Made by a program: the position numbers and the translations under genes. A stretch of DNA of 64,000 nt from Cyanobacteriota bacterium. GTDB lineage: Bacteria > Cyanobacteriota > Cyanobacteriia > Cyanobacteriales > Nostocaceae. The stretch lies in contig JBJOKS010000001.1 in assembly GCA_046045965.1 (NCBI GenBank), forward strand, positions 128,001 to 192,000. The letters are read 5' to 3'. The notes under the pieces are model-generated. The model had not been told where the DNA came from, did not search any database, and worked only from the letters and a program-made list of their open reading frames with translations. Below, piece by piece: positions 61,073 through 64,000 of the stretch (its first letter is position 1; each line of letters starts with the position of its first letter).

Positions 61073-61187
61073 TACAGCAGCATATGGCTTACGCCTCGCT
61101 ACGCTATCAGGAGTCAGGAGTAAAACTGGCGAATGTGTATAGGTTTAAATTTAGATTGTGTACCTCATTGATCTGTAATCTGCTATA
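61073..61187. mobile_element. MITE of the same family as 3365-3467, carrying a 26-nt insert
   Basis: TACAGCAG ... TGTACCTCAT..TCTGCTATA ends. Confidence 0.65.
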
Positions 61188-61466
61188 ATAATGTTATTAA
61201 CCCTTAACGTAATCTTGTTTTTGCCATTAAAGGTACAGTATTTTCTAAAATGTATAGCAGTTAAAAATTTTCGTTATCAACAAGCAGGAGGGAAGAGGAT
61301 AATATAAAATTAGGTGTACCGAATTTTTTAAATGATCAAATAGAAGTCCTATCTTTGATTGGGAAAATTACTCATCTTTCCCAGAAATAATGAGACTTAA
61401 ATCAGTTTAAGTTTAGCCAAGTTTTGTATAGCAAAAATGGTCAATGCTTGTCCTTGTCCAATCAGG

Positions 61467-61841
61467 TTAAAAAACTGGTGTTTTACTCCGCAAAGCTTTC
61501 AGGCTTTCAGCTTGCTTGATTACACGTTCAGTAATGCGATCGCACACTAACTCACAAACTTCAAAAATCATCGGATCAGCAATCTCATAAAAGGCACTTG
61601 TACCTTTGGTCTGACGAGATAAAATTCCTGCTTGAGTCAACACTTTCAGATGCTTGGATAAATTTGCTTGCCCCAAACCAGTCACTTCCGCAATTTCCAT
61701 CACATTCATTGCACCTGACTTCAGACAAGTCAAAATCTGTAACCGACTCGCCTCTGATAGCACTTTGAAATAGTCAGCAACCGCCAAAAGAATGGCTGGA
61801 TCAGCATCGGATGGCTTCGTTTTTGGCATAGAACAACTCAA
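61467..61841 (-). CDS. ArsR/SmtB family transcriptional regulator
   Basis: FKVLSEASRLQIL and QANLSKHLKVL HTH motifs. Confidence 0.92.
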   Translation of the reverse strand: MSCSMPKTKPSDADPAILLAVADYFKVLSEASRLQILTCLKSGAMNVMEIAEVTGLGQANLSKHLKVLTQAGILSRQTKGTSAFYEIADPMIFEVCELVCDRITERVIKQAESLKALRSKTPVF

Positions 61842-61996
61842 TCCTTAGTACAATAGTTATTTCATAACTAATTAGCATTATAACTAACTGTTAATTCACT
61901 GCGGTGAAAAAAAGTCAAACTGATCTGCTAAGATTACTGTAAAGTTATTTAGTTAATAAGTCGATAACTGTCTTATTTACAAAATTGTAAAAATTT

Positions 61997-62710
61997 ATGG
62001 ATGTAAAAGAAATTTTAAACCGTTATCAGGCAGGAGAGCGCAGCTTTCAGCGCATCAATCTACAAGAAGCAGAGCTAACAAATGCTAACCTCACAGGAGC
62101 AGATTTTAGTTACGCTGACTTACGTCAAACACGACTTGGTAAAAGTAACTTCAGCCAAGCTTGTATGCGCGAAGCAGACCTAAGTGAAGCCATCCTGTGG
62201 GGAACAGACTTGAGTTCCGCAGACTTGTATCGTGCCATTTTACGTGAGGCTGATTTGACTGGTGCAAAGCTTATTAAGACCCAACTAAATGAAGCTAACT
62301 TAATCAGAACAAGTTTATGTGGTGCTAATTTACATGGTGCAGAACTCTCTCGTGTGCTGCTAATTCAAGCAGATTTACGTCCCAGTTCTGATCAGCGCAC
62401 AGACTTAGGATATGCGATTTTGACAGGAGCAGATTTGAGTTACGCTGACCTAAGAACCGCTTCACTGCACCATGCTAATTTAGATCATGCTAAGTTATGT
62501 CGAGCTAATTTAGGTCGAATCATTCAATGGGGAGATGTTACCACAGATTTGACTGGAGCTAGTTTACAAGGTGCGGATTTAAGTTATGCAAATCTCACTC
62601 ATGCAATTTTGCGAAAAGCAAATTTACAAGGAGCAGATTTAACAGGAACAATTCTTGATGATGCTGATTTAGAAGGGGCAATTATGCCTGATGGAACAGT
62701 AGCGAGTTGA
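61997..62710 (+). CDS. Pentapeptide repeat protein
   Basis: RYQAGERSF leader; ADLxx repeats; MPDG C-terminus. Confidence 0.93.
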   Translation: MDVKEILNRYQAGERSFQRINLQEAELTNANLTGADFSYADLRQTRLGKSNFSQACMREADLSEAILWGTDLSSADLYRAILREADLTGAKLIKTQLNEANLIRTSLCGANLHGAELSRVLLIQADLRPSSDQRTDLGYAILTGADLSYADLRTASLHHANLDHAKLCRANLGRIIQWGDVTTDLTGASLQGADLSYANLTHAILRKANLQGADLTGTILDDADLEGAIMPDGTVAS

Positions 62711-62993
62711 CATATTACAGAGGACAAAGAGTTTAAGCAATCTTCCTTTCTTCCTTTGCTCCTTTGCGCCTTTGCTCCTTAGCGCCTACCCTTCGGGATC
62801 TCCTGACGGAGATTGCGCGAAATCATTTCTTCTAAAAAAACGAAGTTGGGTTAAAAACAACCCAACCCAAATCATTTAACTTACCTTTGGGGGTGAAAGT
62901 CCCCGGCTTCTACAAGCAGCGGGTTTTGCGTCGGGGTAAAATCCCCGTTGCAAAACGTAATTCTACATTCTAAATTCTCAATTCTTCATTCTT

Positions 62994-64000
62994 TTAACGC
63001 ACAGTTCCCCGTAAAGCTTCCGTATCAATCGGTTTAATTAAATAAACAAGTAGAAGATTCCAAACAATTGCTATTATTAAAGGCAATTTACGGATAAATT
63101 TCACTACTTTAGGTTGAGAACTACGCTCAATTGCTGAGATTTGCAAATTGTAATCAGAGCAGTTTTGCAGACGTGGGAAAAACTGAGGATGTTCAGTATT
63201 TAACATCACCGGAAAAGCGCGTCCCGCAGTTTCATTAGTGTTGCGAACCACTTCGTGATCAAATTCTGTGGGTTCAAGTCCCAGTAAATGGTAGAAACTA
63301 CCTCGTTCGTGAACCGTCAAAGTATGGGTAGCAAATACCGATAACAAGAAAAACCGACTCCAGAGTTTTGATTTCCAATTATTCCAGAGTTTGGGTTGAG
63401 AACGTAACAAAGCCTTGAATATATCCCCATGTCGGTTTTCGTCCTGACACCAACTCTCAAATTTACGGAAAATTGGGTAAAACTGATGCTCTGGATGCTT
63501 TTGTAAATGGTGATAAATAATGATGTAGCGCCAATAACCGATCTTTTCTGATAAGTAAACAGTATAAAGCACCCATTCCAGCGGGAAAAACGTATAGGTG
63601 CGGGTTTTCGTAACTTCACCTAAGTCCAGGGAAAGTTTAAAATCACCCATCGCTTTATTCAAAAATCCCGCATGACGAGCTTCATCACGCGCCATCAGTT
63701 GAAATATTTCCGCTAATAAAGGATTACGTTGTTTCAGCTTCCGTGATAATTCTTTAAATAGCAAAAACCCCGAAAACTCAGAAATACAAGAGCGTTCCAA
63801 ATACTCAATAAAGGATTTACGTGCTTCACCATCAATGTGTTCCCAGGACCGTTCAAACTCTTCATCCCGCACGAAGTGATGGCGGTTGTAGTCTGCTTGC
63901 ATTTCTGCCAACATTGCTTGTAGTTCTGTTTCTTGGGCAGAAAGATCCAAATTAGCAGCGGTTTCAAAGTCTGTGGTGTAAAACCGGGGAGTAAGTACGG
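62994..64000 (-). CDS. acsF: Mg-protoporphyrin IX monomethyl ester oxidative cyclase (5' end outside the window)
   Basis: VLTPRFYTTDF read at the window edge; EFSGFLL, DEARHAG, YLSEKIGYWRYI and DENRHGD motifs. Confidence 0.95.
   Translation of the reverse strand, partial: VLTPRFYTTDFETAANLDLSAQETELQAMLAEMQADYNRHHFVRDEEFERSWEHIDGEARKSFIEYLERSCISEFSGFLLFKELSRKLKQRNPLLAEIFQLMARDEARHAGFLNKAMGDFKLSLDLGEVTKTRTYTFFPLEWVLYTVYLSEKIGYWRYIIIYHHLQKHPEHQFYPIFRKFESWCQDENRHGDIFKALLRSQPKLWNNWKSKLWSRFFLLSVFATHTLTVHERGSFYHLLGLEPTEFDHEVVRNTNETAGRAFPVMLNTEHPQFFPRLQNCSDYNLQISAIERSSQPKVVKFIRKLPLIIAIVWNLLLVYLIKPIDTEALRGTVR

Overview
Chromosomal window from a heterocyst-forming cyanobacterium (Nostocales). The evidence is frequent HIP1 GCGATCGC octamers, heptameric STRR tandem repeats, cnfR/patB and a tandem flv3B-flv1B pair. 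Most of it is core genome: uvrB (partial), rpe, flv1B/flv3B, tmRNA, recA with a LexA box, moeB, hisZ, suhB, tRNA-Ser(GGA), lpdA, trpC, cnfR and acsF (partial), plus a cluster of four receiver-domain signalling genes and one intact IS5-family element. Three accessory insertions stand out. (1) A NACHT-HEAT gene lies beside the tmRNA 3' end. (2) A diguanylate cyclase gene is bracketed by two copies of a ~90-bp palindromic element, inside a (GGAGTCA)n array. (3) A ~4.5-kb islet after tRNA-Ser carries an EACC1-like gene, a caspase-GUN4 fusion, a convergent RAYT-type HUH/Y1 transposase, a truncated HNH nuclease and antitoxin-like genes. The strongest unexplained signal is in the caspase-GUN4 gene: a 105-nt in-frame tract with no cytosine, encoding a Trp-rich segment, followed by a short hairpin and then the HUH nuclease gene. 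This is a candidate site of localized sequence diversification. Intergenic DNA holds many nested MITE, REP-like and ~26-nt mobile repeats, one of which interrupts a gene. All family assignments come from reading motifs by eye; no database search was run.
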